64,000 nucleotides of DNA, from the NCBI GenBank assembly GCA_029259115.1, contig JAPDJO010000076.1:12447-76446 (forward strand), given 5' to 3'. Both the position numbers and the translations under genes were made by a program. Shown here one piece after another: positions 1 through 9,421 of this stretch (the stretch's first letter is position 1; the number at the start of each line of letters is the position of its first letter). The notes below the pieces were generated by a model, which was given only the letters and a program-made list of their open reading frames with translations, had not been told where the DNA came from and searched no databases. The DNA comes from Thermoplasmatota archaeon (GTDB taxonomy: Archaea; Thermoplasmatota; E2; DHVEG-1; B18-G2).

Positions 1-21
1 TGGGATGATGAGCTTGCAAAA

Positions 22-720
22 ATGAACAAAGGTAAGGTTGGTAAACCTTTTGTCTATCCTCAAACATTCATCTATTTCTCTTCTTTCATCTACATCGCTT
101 TTCTACCATATCGACAGATAGAGGGATTCTTCAGAAAACTTTCAGAGTTTATACCTAAATTAAAATCTGCAGATTACTCTACCCTCTGTAAAAGGTTGAA
201 GAAATTGGACGTTAATCTTCCAGAAAATCTCGGGAAAGAGCAAAAGAAGAGGGATTTCAAAAAGGTACATATTCTCGTCGATTTGCTATCCAAGAAAATA
301 ATCTACTGTTTGTTAACAAAAGGAACATCATCAGATTCAAAACAACTCAAAAAGATGCTAAGGGGATGCAAAGGATGGACCAAGATAGAGATCATTTTGG
401 GTGATACAGGCTATGATACAAGGGAATGCTTTGATGAAATCGATGAGTTTGGTGCGATTCCCGTAATAAAGGTAAGGAAAAATTCCTCCTCTTTATCAAG
501 AGGTTCCCCAGTTAGGAGGAAAGCTGTTATTGCCCAAAAGCGTGACAATGAAAAATGGAGGAGAGAAGTTCATTATACTATGGAGATGCGTGGTTGAAAG
601 CATATTTTCAGGGGGTAAAACGCAGATTTGGAGAATACCTCTTTAGTGTTAAAGAGGTATTTAGGAGAGTTGAGGTATGGTTGAGAACATACTCTGGAAT
701 GTACTGATATATCTGAGGAG
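22..720 (+). pseudogene. IS5-like DDE transposase, decayed (internal deletion and 3' frameshifts; 5' end may lie outside the window)
   Basis: Motifs GKPFVYP, LPYRQIEG, DYSTLCKR, K-V-H-I-L-V-D and GDTGYD. The first catalytic-Asp segment appears to be missing. The C-terminal VESIFS/GVKRRFGE continues only in shifted frames after 590. Confidence 0.8.
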
Positions 721-904
721 AGAATATATTACACAAAGTATATCAACTCGATAAACTATTGTTATCAGAGTCAAAACTAATTTTTCCTAGAAAATACAGC
801 GGAGAGTGGAGAGGGAAAGAGCTGCTGTGTATTGATAAAAAATAAATTGGAAAAGAGTATGGAATAGATATTTCCCATATCCGAGGTAAACCGATATTAG
901 TGAA

Positions 905-1210
905 ATGATGCCACTATATAAATAATTAGAATAATGCAAGCAATCGAGAAAGATAGATACAACTCCAGAAATAAAATATTTAGATAATGGATATAGAATT
1001 TTTTTATATAATCATGGCTAGAACTTAAACTGTCATATCTCAAGGAACCCAAAATGGAAATTTTGTGAGCGATGCAGGATGCTTGGTCGTCAAATCTTTA
1101 CCGCATGTTCAGAATGTTCAGTCAGCAGACCATGTAACATGATTGTAACGCGGATGTCCGTATGCACGAATCACTTTCGTACACATGATAAGTATATAAA
1201 AAATCAATAA
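905..1210 (+). pseudogene. Decayed copy of the Cys-rich secreted peptide family
   Basis: Manual translation: MMPLYK* (905), IRIMQAIE (shifted frame), then KIDTTPEIKYLDNGYRIF...TAG(1019)...FCERCRMLGRQIFTACSECSVSRPCNMIVTRMSVC...* (1210). The motif order matches the intact copies. Confidence 0.6.
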
Positions 1211-1245
1211 CAGTTATATGTGCTAAAGAGATTTATAATTTCAAA

Positions 1246-3735
1246 ATGGATATCGAGAAATTGTATCATGCGATTAATATTGCAATACTGTTTGTTGTGA
1301 TATCAATCGCAGGCAATATGGTAGGTTTTTTAGGCAAACCATTATCTTCCTTTTATATTTCTATTTCTGTACTTACTCTATCTTTTTTGAATCTATATAG
1401 GGATCGAAAAAATACAAAATTTCCTAAATCCTATAAAGAAACCAAATTAATCACAGGATACCTTTTGATTATACTTTCTCTAATTCTAGCATTTAGCTAC
1501 AATTTTAATCATCTTTACCCTGTCATATCTATCCCTATTCTATTCATAGGTCTAGACATTATTGGAAAAACAAAAGTAGAAACTGATGTAATGGTGGTAT
1601 CTTCAACTCTATGTATACTTCTTCTAATTCTTTTAGACACAAATTCAATAGCTTGGTTTATAGTAAATGATTTTTCCAAAAACATATCAATCTCGGTCAC
1701 ATCACTTACAGGTAGATACTATATCCTTGGATATTCATCAAGCGGATTCTTTATGTTTATCCTTTCGCTTTCAATCGCTCTTGTAATAATACTATTCTCA
1801 AAAAGATTAAAGCAATTCTTCATTTACCCACTTTTGCTACTTCTGATCTGGATCACATATATACTTACCTTGGGTGTAATAAATTTCGATACAAACGGTG
1901 ATACTGTTAGATTCTTACCAATTCTATGCTTAGCCTTCGCATCTATCTTAGCATTTCAGATTTATAAGAGTGAATTGAGAAAACAAAAGAAAAAAAGACC
2001 AAAATTCATCATTAATTTCATCATCTTCTTATTAATATCAACTTCGGTACTCATGCTCATTATTTCACCATGTCAAATTAAACCAACTAAAAGAGAAAGA
2101 ATACTCTTTTATGGGGAAAATATGCTGGGGACATGGGATACCCCAGAATATGGAAAGTATGGTAGGCTTGCACCTGGTATGTTTGGTCTGCTGCCTTACT
2201 ATCTGAAAATTTATGGCTATAACTGCACAATTTTTACAAAAAATATCACGAAATTTGTAGAAAGAAATCAACCAACATATGAAAATCTAACCAGATATGT
2301 CAACCTGACAGAATTTGTAAATTTTATAGAGGATGAAAGAGTAACAGAGGATATTCTTAAAAAATTCGATGTTTTTGTTGTAATAAACCTTAATACCACA
2401 TTCTCAAACGAGGAAAAAAAAGCGATATGGAAATTTGTTGAGGATGGTGGATCTCTTCTTGTTTTAGGAGATCACACTGGCATGGATAATCTCATGACAT
2501 CTTTGAATAATCTCCTTGAGGGTAAGGGTATAGCCTTTAGATTCGATTCAGCCTTACCTTTAGATCCAGCAAATAGCTGGTTGACCTGTTACAATAAGAT
2601 GAATAATCCAGTAAATTTCGGAATATCAAATGAGGAAATAGAAATAAGCATAGGTGCATCCTTGAACATAACTCCTCCAGCATTCCCAGTAATAGTTGGT
2701 GATTTTGCATTTTCAGATTACGGTGATGTTACAAATGTCGAAAATGCATATTTAGGAGATTACAAGTATGGTAAAGGAGAATTGCTTGGAAATGTGGTAT
2801 TGGTTGCAGGACGATATTATGGTAAGGGGAGAGTTCTAGTTTTTGGTGACACAACAACATTTCAAAATCCGTCTCTTTCCCTATCACATAGATTTGTATC
2901 AAGAATTTTTAGTTGGCTAGCGAATGGCAATAGTTGGGAGATAGATGTTGCAAAGCAGGTATTATCCTTTGTATTACTCATCTTTGCCGCAATTTTACTC
3001 TCTAAGAATCAGGATTTCAAATTACTCCCATTTGCATTGTTACTTGCTATAATCCTCTCTATCTTCATTAATTCTCAGCTGATAAAAGATGCTGAGCCTG
3101 AAGGTCCTTTGATGTATATAGATACAACGCATGTCAATGGATTCTCGATCTCTCCTTTTAATACAAAATCTCTAACTGGAACAATAATAAACTTTGCAAG
3201 AAACGGTTACCTGCCTTTGATTTCAGAAGATTTTAGTTACAGCAGAATTAACAAATCATCGATACTTCTAATTGTTGCTCCAAATGAACCATTTTCTGAT
3301 GAAGAAGTCAAAGATATGATGAGATTCATGGAAAGCGGTGGATTGATCATACTTAGTTCTGGATATCAATGTAGAGATTGTGTAATACCTCTGTTAAATA
3401 AGTTTAAATTAGATATAGACAACATTCCTTTAGGTCCAGCCCCTTACGTTGAGGAAAATCCAGAGGAGCACCAGATGGAGCCAAAATTTGTCGATGCCTG
3501 GCCGATATTGGTAATGAACAAAACAGCTGTATCATACTACGATCTTTACATCGAAAACCAGACATATACTCTAGCAGTTTTTATAAAGCATGGAAAAGGA
3601 GGGCTAATACTAATAGCGGATAACGAATTCTTCTTAGACAAAAATATAGAATCGATAAACTCGATTTGGCCTGGAAATATCCAGTTTATTAAAAATATGA
3701 TCGATGATGTTAGGGAGAGAGGTGTTTTAAGATGA
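1246..3735 (+). CDS. Polytopic membrane protein with two GATase-like (DUF4350/GIFT-like) domains; N-terminal region exosortase-like
   Basis: 829 aa: many N-terminal TM helices, FSNEEKKAIWKFVEDGGSLLVLGDHT...GKGRVLVFGD, a TM hairpin, then FSDEEVKDMMRFMESGGLIIL...GKGGLILIAD. Confidence 0.7.
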   Translation: MDIEKLYHAINIAILFVVISIAGNMVGFLGKPLSSFYISISVLTLSFLNLYRDRKNTKFPKSYKETKLITGYLLIILSLILAFSYNFNHLYPVISIPILFIGLDIIGKTKVETDVMVVSSTLCILLLILLDTNSIAWFIVNDFSKNISISVTSLTGRYYILGYSSSGFFMFILSLSIALVIILFSKRLKQFFIYPLLLLLIWITYILTLGVINFDTNGDTVRFLPILCLAFASILAFQIYKSELRKQKKKRPKFIINFIIFLLISTSVLMLIISPCQIKPTKRERILFYGENMLGTWDTPEYGKYGRLAPGMFGLLPYYLKIYGYNCTIFTKNITKFVERNQPTYENLTRYVNLTEFVNFIEDERVTEDILKKFDVFVVINLNTTFSNEEKKAIWKFVEDGGSLLVLGDHTGMDNLMTSLNNLLEGKGIAFRFDSALPLDPANSWLTCYNKMNNPVNFGISNEEIEISIGASLNITPPAFPVIVGDFAFSDYGDVTNVENAYLGDYKYGKGELLGNVVLVAGRYYGKGRVLVFGDTTTFQNPSLSLSHRFVSRIFSWLANGNSWEIDVAKQVLSFVLLIFAAILLSKNQDFKLLPFALLLAIILSIFINSQLIKDAEPEGPLMYIDTTHVNGFSISPFNTKSLTGTIINFARNGYLPLISEDFSYSRINKSSILLIVAPNEPFSDEEVKDMMRFMESGGLIILSSGYQCRDCVIPLLNKFKLDIDNIPLGPAPYVEENPEEHQMEPKFVDAWPILVMNKTAVSYYDLYIENQTYTLAVFIKHGKGGLILIADNEFFLDKNIESINSIWPGNIQFIKNMIDDVRERGVLR

Positions 3736-6197
3736 AAAAATCTCTTCTCTGGTTAGCTGCGATATTAATTTCATTTTCTCCACTTTATTTATTATATGTA
3801 AATGAACCCCCAAATGTAGAGATTGGGCTTTTTACGGTATTTGTGGCGACATTTCTTCTTATATTTTCCGATTATAGATTCGAAATGGGTAGTAAAACAT
3901 CAATTTTCCTTCTAATTCCTTCACTCATCGTAGTTTTCCTACTCGACTTTCCCTTCAACATAGGCTTTATAATGCTATCAATAGCTATCATTCTAAATAT
4001 AGCGTTATCTTATGTTGGTATACTTGAGAAAATACAGAAACTAGTCAGTGGCATTTTTCTCAGCGGCATTTTACTACTAATCGTGTATGCCTTTTATCCG
4101 CTATATTCTGTGATATTCTCTCGCTACCATAGAGTCGACATTTTGAATAATCTCTTTTCTGGATTGCTTCATCTTTTCGGAATCCAATCAAGCGTTAATA
4201 ATAATCTAATTTACATCCAAACGTATAACCAAACCTTCCCCTTTACAGTGACATGGGAGAAATTATGCATCCTCATCTGGTTAAATCTTTTCTTAATATT
4301 TTTATTCATCTCCTTTCTATCGTTCAACAAAAAGAGATTTCTCAGAAATCTTGGGATATTCATCCTGATAGCTTTGTTTTACTCAGTATTCAGACTTCTC
4401 CTCACTACGATAATTTACTCCCAAAACTCCAAACTAAGTACATTCTGGGATACAAACCTAGCCCTTTTAACCTTTATACCTCTCTTCATCCCCCTTTCTT
4501 TACTTATAAAAACTAATGAGGTAAAAATCGATATGTCTTTCGGAAAGATCAATAAAAAAACATCTGTAACCATGTTGACACTCTTCCTATCGATATTCTT
4601 CCTAATAGGATCAATAGCTTTTGAAGATCCTGGAATAAGGAAATCTGGAAAAATTCTCATAGATGAGGTTCATAGCGATTGGGAGGATACAACAAGAGAG
4701 ATGGATAAAGAATGGTATGGTATGCTGTCAACCTACAATTACTACTGTTGGGCCAAGTGGTTGGATGTTTACTATGATGTTGATATAAACACCAACAGAA
4801 GCTTGACTTATGACTTGCTGAAGAATTACGATATTTTAATAATAAAATGCCCTACTAGTCTATTTTCAGATAAAGAAATTGATGCCATTCTTAGATTTGT
4901 GAAGGAGGGCGGCGGACTCTATCTTATAGGTGATCACACCAACGTATTTGGAATGAATTTTTACTTAAATCAAATCTCGAAAAAATTAGGAATAGAATTT
5001 AAGACGGACGCAACATATGAGCTGAACACAGGATCATTATCTGTATATAAACCCCCTTCTTTATTTGCACATCCGATTGTTAAAAATATTAATAAATTCG
5101 AATTTCAAACATCTTGCTCATTAAATGCACCTCTGTTTTCAGAGAACGTCATAATAGGCTATGGTTTACTTGGTGAGCCTGGGACCTATTCAACAGAAAA
5201 TTTCTTTAGAGAACCACTCTCTTCACCAGATGTAGAATATGGGTTACTTCTCCAGACAGTAGCTCTCCAGTATGGTAAAGGAAGAGTGGTTGCGTTTACA
5301 GATAGTACATGTTTTTCTAACTTCTGCGTATTTATGGATGGATACAGAGAATTTAACCTTGGAGTTATAGAATATCTCAATAGGATAAACGCCTACAACT
5401 ACGTCAACACCCTGTTTGTGATAGCTTTTATCATTCTCCTTATAGTCTCGATAATCTTTATCAAGGAGGAAAAAGTGGGGAAAATAGTATCTATCTTCTT
5501 TTTCTCTACATCGATCGCGTTTGCAACATCGGCACCCCTTTTTGATTACATTAACTCAATTAACTACGAGCTGCCAAGCATAGAAGAGCACCCAATGGTA
5601 TGTTTTGATATGGAACATTCAGGAATAGAAATATCTCCATATGCCCATATGGAACTCCACGATCCTGCGGATGTGTATAACACATTCTTTGTATGGACTC
5701 AAAGAGTTGGATGGATGCCCTCGGTGGAGAAAACGATAGAGAAATCTATTGAAAAGGGAGATGCTATAATTATCATAAATCCAAACAAATCATTCAGCGA
5801 TGGAGAAATTGAAAAGATTAGAAAATATGTCGAGGAAGGAGGAAGATTATTAGTTTTAGACTCCATAAGAAATAAGGATTCCACTGCAAATCAAATTTTA
5901 AATACATTTAACATGGAGTTATCCACGGAAACATCGAACTTATCTCTGAGATGTGATAACTCTAGTATAGGGAATATCACGATTCCATATCTCTCAATCA
6001 TCGGTGGGGACGTTAATTTTTCCTTCAATAACAACACCTATATTTCTATTAAGGAGTTTGGAGAAGGAAAAATCGTGGCAATAGTTGATTCCTATACGTT
6101 TAGCGATGAGGTTATGGGGGATGTCTTTACTGAGCCAGATGAGAAACTCAGAGCAATATATGATGTAGAATATTACATACTCGAAGCTTCTAATTAA
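3732..6197 (+). CDS. Paralogous polytopic membrane protein with two GATase-like (DUF4350/GIFT-like) domains; exosortase-like N-terminal region
   Basis: 821 aa with ATGA overlap to the upstream gene and the same architecture (FVKEGGGLYLIGDHT, GKGRVVAFTDS, YVEEGGRLLVLD). The segment VTWEKLC...YSVFRLLL recalls the exosortase Cys/Arg region. Confidence 0.7.
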   Translation: MKKSLLWLAAILISFSPLYLLYVNEPPNVEIGLFTVFVATFLLIFSDYRFEMGSKTSIFLLIPSLIVVFLLDFPFNIGFIMLSIAIILNIALSYVGILEKIQKLVSGIFLSGILLLIVYAFYPLYSVIFSRYHRVDILNNLFSGLLHLFGIQSSVNNNLIYIQTYNQTFPFTVTWEKLCILIWLNLFLIFLFISFLSFNKKRFLRNLGIFILIALFYSVFRLLLTTIIYSQNSKLSTFWDTNLALLTFIPLFIPLSLLIKTNEVKIDMSFGKINKKTSVTMLTLFLSIFFLIGSIAFEDPGIRKSGKILIDEVHSDWEDTTREMDKEWYGMLSTYNYYCWAKWLDVYYDVDINTNRSLTYDLLKNYDILIIKCPTSLFSDKEIDAILRFVKEGGGLYLIGDHTNVFGMNFYLNQISKKLGIEFKTDATYELNTGSLSVYKPPSLFAHPIVKNINKFEFQTSCSLNAPLFSENVIIGYGLLGEPGTYSTENFFREPLSSPDVEYGLLLQTVALQYGKGRVVAFTDSTCFSNFCVFMDGYREFNLGVIEYLNRINAYNYVNTLFVIAFIILLIVSIIFIKEEKVGKIVSIFFFSTSIAFATSAPLFDYINSINYELPSIEEHPMVCFDMEHSGIEISPYAHMELHDPADVYNTFFVWTQRVGWMPSVEKTIEKSIEKGDAIIIINPNKSFSDGEIEKIRKYVEEGGRLLVLDSIRNKDSTANQILNTFNMELSTETSNLSLRCDNSSIGNITIPYLSIIGGDVNFSFNNNTYISIKEFGEGKIVAIVDSYTFSDEVMGDVFTEPDEKLRAIYDVEYYILEASN

Positions 6198-6232
6198 TTA
6201 TAACTAAAAGTGAATGCTGTAAGAATGAGTCT

Positions 6233-6476
6233 TTGATCTTAGTAGATAGAGGACCCTGGTATAAATGAGCTCTATAGAGATTGGGATTGAGATACGTTCG
6301 TCAAACCCTTGGAGAAAGGAGTGTTATAGAACAATGGTGTAGTCTGTTCAAAGCTAGAGTAAAACGATTCTGGAAAAGATTTCCATATCACAGCTTACTG
6401 GATAGTATTAAAACTTGGACAATAGTGTGGTGTGCCATCTATAATCTATGCTGGAGGTGGGAAAGTTGACAGTGTC
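6233..6476 (+). mobile_element. IS6-family element 3' remnant with right terminal inverted repeat
   Basis: LVDRGPWYK*AL*RLGL...ERSVIEQW...KRF...YN with in-frame stops at 6266 and 6275. It ends in GTTGACAGTGTC (6465-6476), similar to the end of the IS at 43706-43717. Confidence 0.75.
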
Positions 6477-6526
6477 AGCAAAAGTGAGATAAAATTTTAT
6501 ATATGAGAGAATATATACTCTTATTG

Positions 6527-6901
6527 ATGGTTAAAAGGAGAGTTGGCATAGTCGTATTATCAATTCTTCTGGTGATATTATCCTACCATACTTTGATAAC
6601 TCCAGTCAGTACAACGAGAGCCATTTTACATAAAGGTAACCAACCACATCCGCTTTTCAAAATAAGAGCATACACTGCTGCAGAAAAAAATCTCCCAGAA
6701 ATAGATGCAAAATATCTAAATAAGATCTCTATCATTTCGTCGTTAATATGGCTAAGCCATCAGAAGTTCACTCACAATCAAAAACATGCTACATTAGTAC
6801 CACCTACGTGTAACTGTAAAACAGGTCCTATAAGTTGCTTCTGCTGTATTCTCGGCACAACTTTAGCCTGCTTCCGCCATACGGTTTGGTGCAACATGTA
6901 G
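6527..6901 (+). CDS. Secreted Cys-rich precursor-like peptide, copy 1
   Basis: Basic-hydrophobic signal (MVKRRVGIVVLSILLVIL), then HPLFKIRA...KYL, then a tail with 7 Cys. Alternative start at 6503. Confidence 0.75.
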   Translation: MVKRRVGIVVLSILLVILSYHTLITPVSTTRAILHKGNQPHPLFKIRAYTAAEKNLPEIDAKYLNKISIISSLIWLSHQKFTHNQKHATLVPPTCNCKTGPISCFCCILGTTLACFRHTVWCNM

Positions 6902-6909
6902 AAACAATG

Positions 6910-8298
6910 TCAGACAAACAGAAGAGTCACATTGTCCCAAACAGAATTCCCATATTTATCGTATGCCTTCGCCTCTATTCTATGTTCCCCCTTTAAATTC
7001 TTTTTAATTTTCCACTCGAACGGAGCAGAGGTAGCTGTATGCTCTAAGTTGCCATCAAGATAAAATTCCACCTTTTTACCCCCCTCTACGTATGCTACTA
7101 CTGTTATATCTCCAATAATAACCGTCTTACCGATTCTCGCTAAAATCCTTTCTAAAAGTTTCCCTGTTTTGATCTCTTTGTCATTTACATACAGCCTGTA
7201 AATCATTTTGCCTTGAGGTTTTGTTATAAAGACCATCAATTCGTTACATGGAGGAAGATCCTCATCTGGAACTTTTGCTAGCCATGCCACAACTCTTCTG
7301 TGAATCCACCAATTTTTACTCATGTTCAATGTTGTACCATTATACCAAGCGTATACTATTCTTGGAATGCCCAGGGTATTTCTTCCAAAGAACTCTTTTA
7401 TGGTCCCATTTACCATTACAGGAATCTCAGGATGGGATGAAAGCAGAACAATTCTCCCACTATTGTTATATGTTGTTGCGATACCTGCAAATTGCCCTTT
7501 GATATCAGTCTTTATCACCCTATCCTTTATCCATCCTATCAAAGCTTTCTTCCAGAAATGTATAGGTTTAGTTTCCATTAGCTCCTCATTGTATATCAGA
7601 AGAGGTGTAATTTTACCTAATCTAGAGTCATTAGAATCTGCTATATACATTCCCGCGCCGCCGCCGTAAGAGATGTTAAATACATCCTTCTCAAAAGGTA
7701 GAAAAATTGGATTGTTAACTTCTCTATTTATTCTAACTTCTATTGGTATTTGACCGAATCTTGGACTTACCCACTCAGACTCTTTCAACAAATATTGCAA
7801 CTCCCCATCAAAGTCATCATTTAGATATATGTTAGCTATTCTGAGCACGCCTTTGTTCACCTCTTTTTCGAACCAATTATCGGGATTCTCATAACCCTGA
7901 GATGCCAAGAATGCTCCTGCACACACGCCATAAAAACCTTTTCCATCTGATAGGAATCTTTTAATAGCTTTCCTAAAATTTGGATTTTTCCCATCTTTGA
8001 GATATGATCTGTAGTTTGCTCCAGCGATAAAGACATCGTAATCCTTTAAAATGGAATAAAAGCCCTTAGATCTTACTTCTTCATAACTCAACTCGTGCAC
8101 CTCGAATCTGTATGACTTGTTATGAATTCTCCAAGCATAATTTAGAGACAGTTTGAGAGATTCATCCGAACCCGTTCCTTTAGGGTAAATAGCAACCTTT
8201 ATTATTCTCTCATTGAGATTTCCTGTGGAACTATGGACTATCAGTGTGGAGAAGACGAAAGAGACGGCAATCAATAGAGATATTATCCTGATCCACAT
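6910..8298 (-). CDS. Secreted class I GATase-like (BPL_N-type) hydrolase with C-terminal Ig-like domain
   Basis: Start moved to MWIRIISLL (8298, signal peptide). Nucleophile elbow GVCAGA, HPE motif, C-terminal KVEFYLDG...APFEW...GEHRIEAKAYD. Confidence 0.75.
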   Translation of the reverse strand: MWIRIISLLIAVSFVFSTLIVHSSTGNLNERIIKVAIYPKGTGSDESLKLSLNYAWRIHNKSYRFEVHELSYEEVRSKGFYSILKDYDVFIAGANYRSYLKDGKNPNFRKAIKRFLSDGKGFYGVCAGAFLASQGYENPDNWFEKEVNKGVLRIANIYLNDDFDGELQYLLKESEWVSPRFGQIPIEVRINREVNNPIFLPFEKDVFNISYGGGAGMYIADSNDSRLGKITPLLIYNEELMETKPIHFWKKALIGWIKDRVIKTDIKGQFAGIATTYNNSGRIVLLSSHPEIPVMVNGTIKEFFGRNTLGIPRIVYAWYNGTTLNMSKNWWIHRRVVAWLAKVPDEDLPPCNELMVFITKPQGKMIYRLYVNDKEIKTGKLLERILARIGKTVIIGDITVVAYVEGGKKVEFYLDGNLEHTATSAPFEWKIKKNLKGEHRIEAKAYDKYGNSVWDNVTLLFV

Positions 8299-8411
8299 AT
8301 CACTAATAATTTCTACTTGATTAAATATATATTTTATCATACAATTACTTTCACAAGAGTTAAAACAAAAGATTTTTATATAATAAAAACCAATATAAAT
8401 TTGGTGATCTA

Positions 8412-8849
8412 ATGAATGTAAGACTTGCAGTAACTGGGATGGTGATGATTTCCCTGATAATCTTTGCAGGTCTAGGAGTAGCAATGACCAAATCCAAAAC
8501 AGAAGAAAAAGTTTCACCATTATATAAGATCAGAACACTTCAGTCAATAAAAGAAAAAGTCAGCACACTGAAAGCATCCTACTTAAGTAACAGAATCTTT
8601 GTTTGGTCACTGCTGAAATATTTACTTGAAAGATATAAGGAAAACCATCAAGAATTTTCTACCGTGTGTTCCATATGTAAGACAAGAGGCTGCAGACTAT
8701 CCCTACCACTGGATGATGGGAGAGAGGATCTATCAACGAGAGAATATTTCTGTAAAACATATGTAAAGTGCAAACCGCCAGTAGGCTTGCAGAACCATCA
8801 GATGATTTCTAGAGTAATAGCACCTTCATACTGCATAAAGTGCCTATAA
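8412..8849 (+). CDS. Secreted Cys-rich precursor-like peptide, copy 2
   Basis: GGTGA RBS, signal peptide, TEEKVSPLYKIRTLQSI...RIFVWSLLK, 7 Cys, ends ISRVIAPSYCIKCL. Confidence 0.8.
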   Translation: MNVRLAVTGMVMISLIIFAGLGVAMTKSKTEEKVSPLYKIRTLQSIKEKVSTLKASYLSNRIFVWSLLKYLLERYKENHQEFSTVCSICKTRGCRLSLPLDDGREDLSTREYFCKTYVKCKPPVGLQNHQMISRVIAPSYCIKCL

Positions 8850-8967
8850 TTTAATCAGGAGCAATTTCCTTACCTCTTTTGATCATCTCTTCAATTTGTG
8901 AATCATTTTATAAAATCAAATAGAAATTTTTATAGTACCAAAAACAAATATCAAACTGGTGAGAACA

Positions 8968-9363
8968 ATGGATATGAAGTCTATAATTCTTGTGTCTATA
9001 ATAATGGTATCCTTTCTATTTGCCAGCCTAGCAAATGCCTTCTCAACAGAACGCACAGAGAAGAAAGTCTCACCCCTATTCAAAATCAGAACCCTACAAT
9101 CTATAGAGGATAAGACTATCAATCTAAAGGTAGACCACCTAAAGGAAAGGATTTTCATTTGGTCACTACTGAAGTTCCTAATCGAGAACAGAGGAGAAGG
9201 GCGAATTTTAGAAGGATTCACTGTTACTTGGATATGCACATACAACTGTAAATCTGTATATACTCCTGTATGTCCAGGAATAACAAGGCATTCACAAATT
9301 CAACAACCTCTCATTTCCAGGGTTGCGACGACCCCATCATACTGTATAAAGTGTCCATCTTGA
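8968..9363 (+). CDS. Secreted Cys-rich precursor-like peptide, copy 3
   Basis: GGTGA RBS, signal peptide ending ANA, TEKKVSPLFKIRTLQSI...RIFIWSLLK, 5 Cys, ends ISRVATTPSYCIKCPS. Confidence 0.8.
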   Translation: MDMKSIILVSIIMVSFLFASLANAFSTERTEKKVSPLFKIRTLQSIEDKTINLKVDHLKERIFIWSLLKFLIENRGEGRILEGFTVTWICTYNCKSVYTPVCPGITRHSQIQQPLISRVATTPSYCIKCPS

Positions 9364-9421
9364 CAGAATTAAAACCTCTATTACCAGTCGCAATCTTTTA
9401 GATTAGAGAATCCATAAATGA

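Larger units (their letters stand above)
8360..9363 (+). repeat. Diverged tandem duplication (two ~0.5 kb units, each a promoter plus peptide gene)
   Basis: Both upstream regions share TTTTTATA...AAAA-C-AATAT-AA...TGGTGA...ATG, and the coding regions are collinear. Confidence 0.7.

Noticed and set aside
1019-1021. In-frame TAG as pyrrolysine or readthrough
   Set aside because: The same relic has frameshifts and a TAA stop, so ordinary decay explains it.
8299-8520. N-terminal extension of the 536-aa ORF overlapping peptide copy 2
   Set aside because: Longest-ORF artefact; the signal peptide begins at 8298. Similar over-extensions were trimmed for osmC, thiL, rpiA, the ArsR regulator and the barrel protein.
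6527-9363. Lanthipeptide, thiopeptide or sactipeptide assignment for the Cys-rich peptides
   Set aside because: No LanB/C/M, YcaO or adjacent radical SAM gene, and the peptides have Sec-type signals. The SPASM enzyme is over 50 kb away in a different context.
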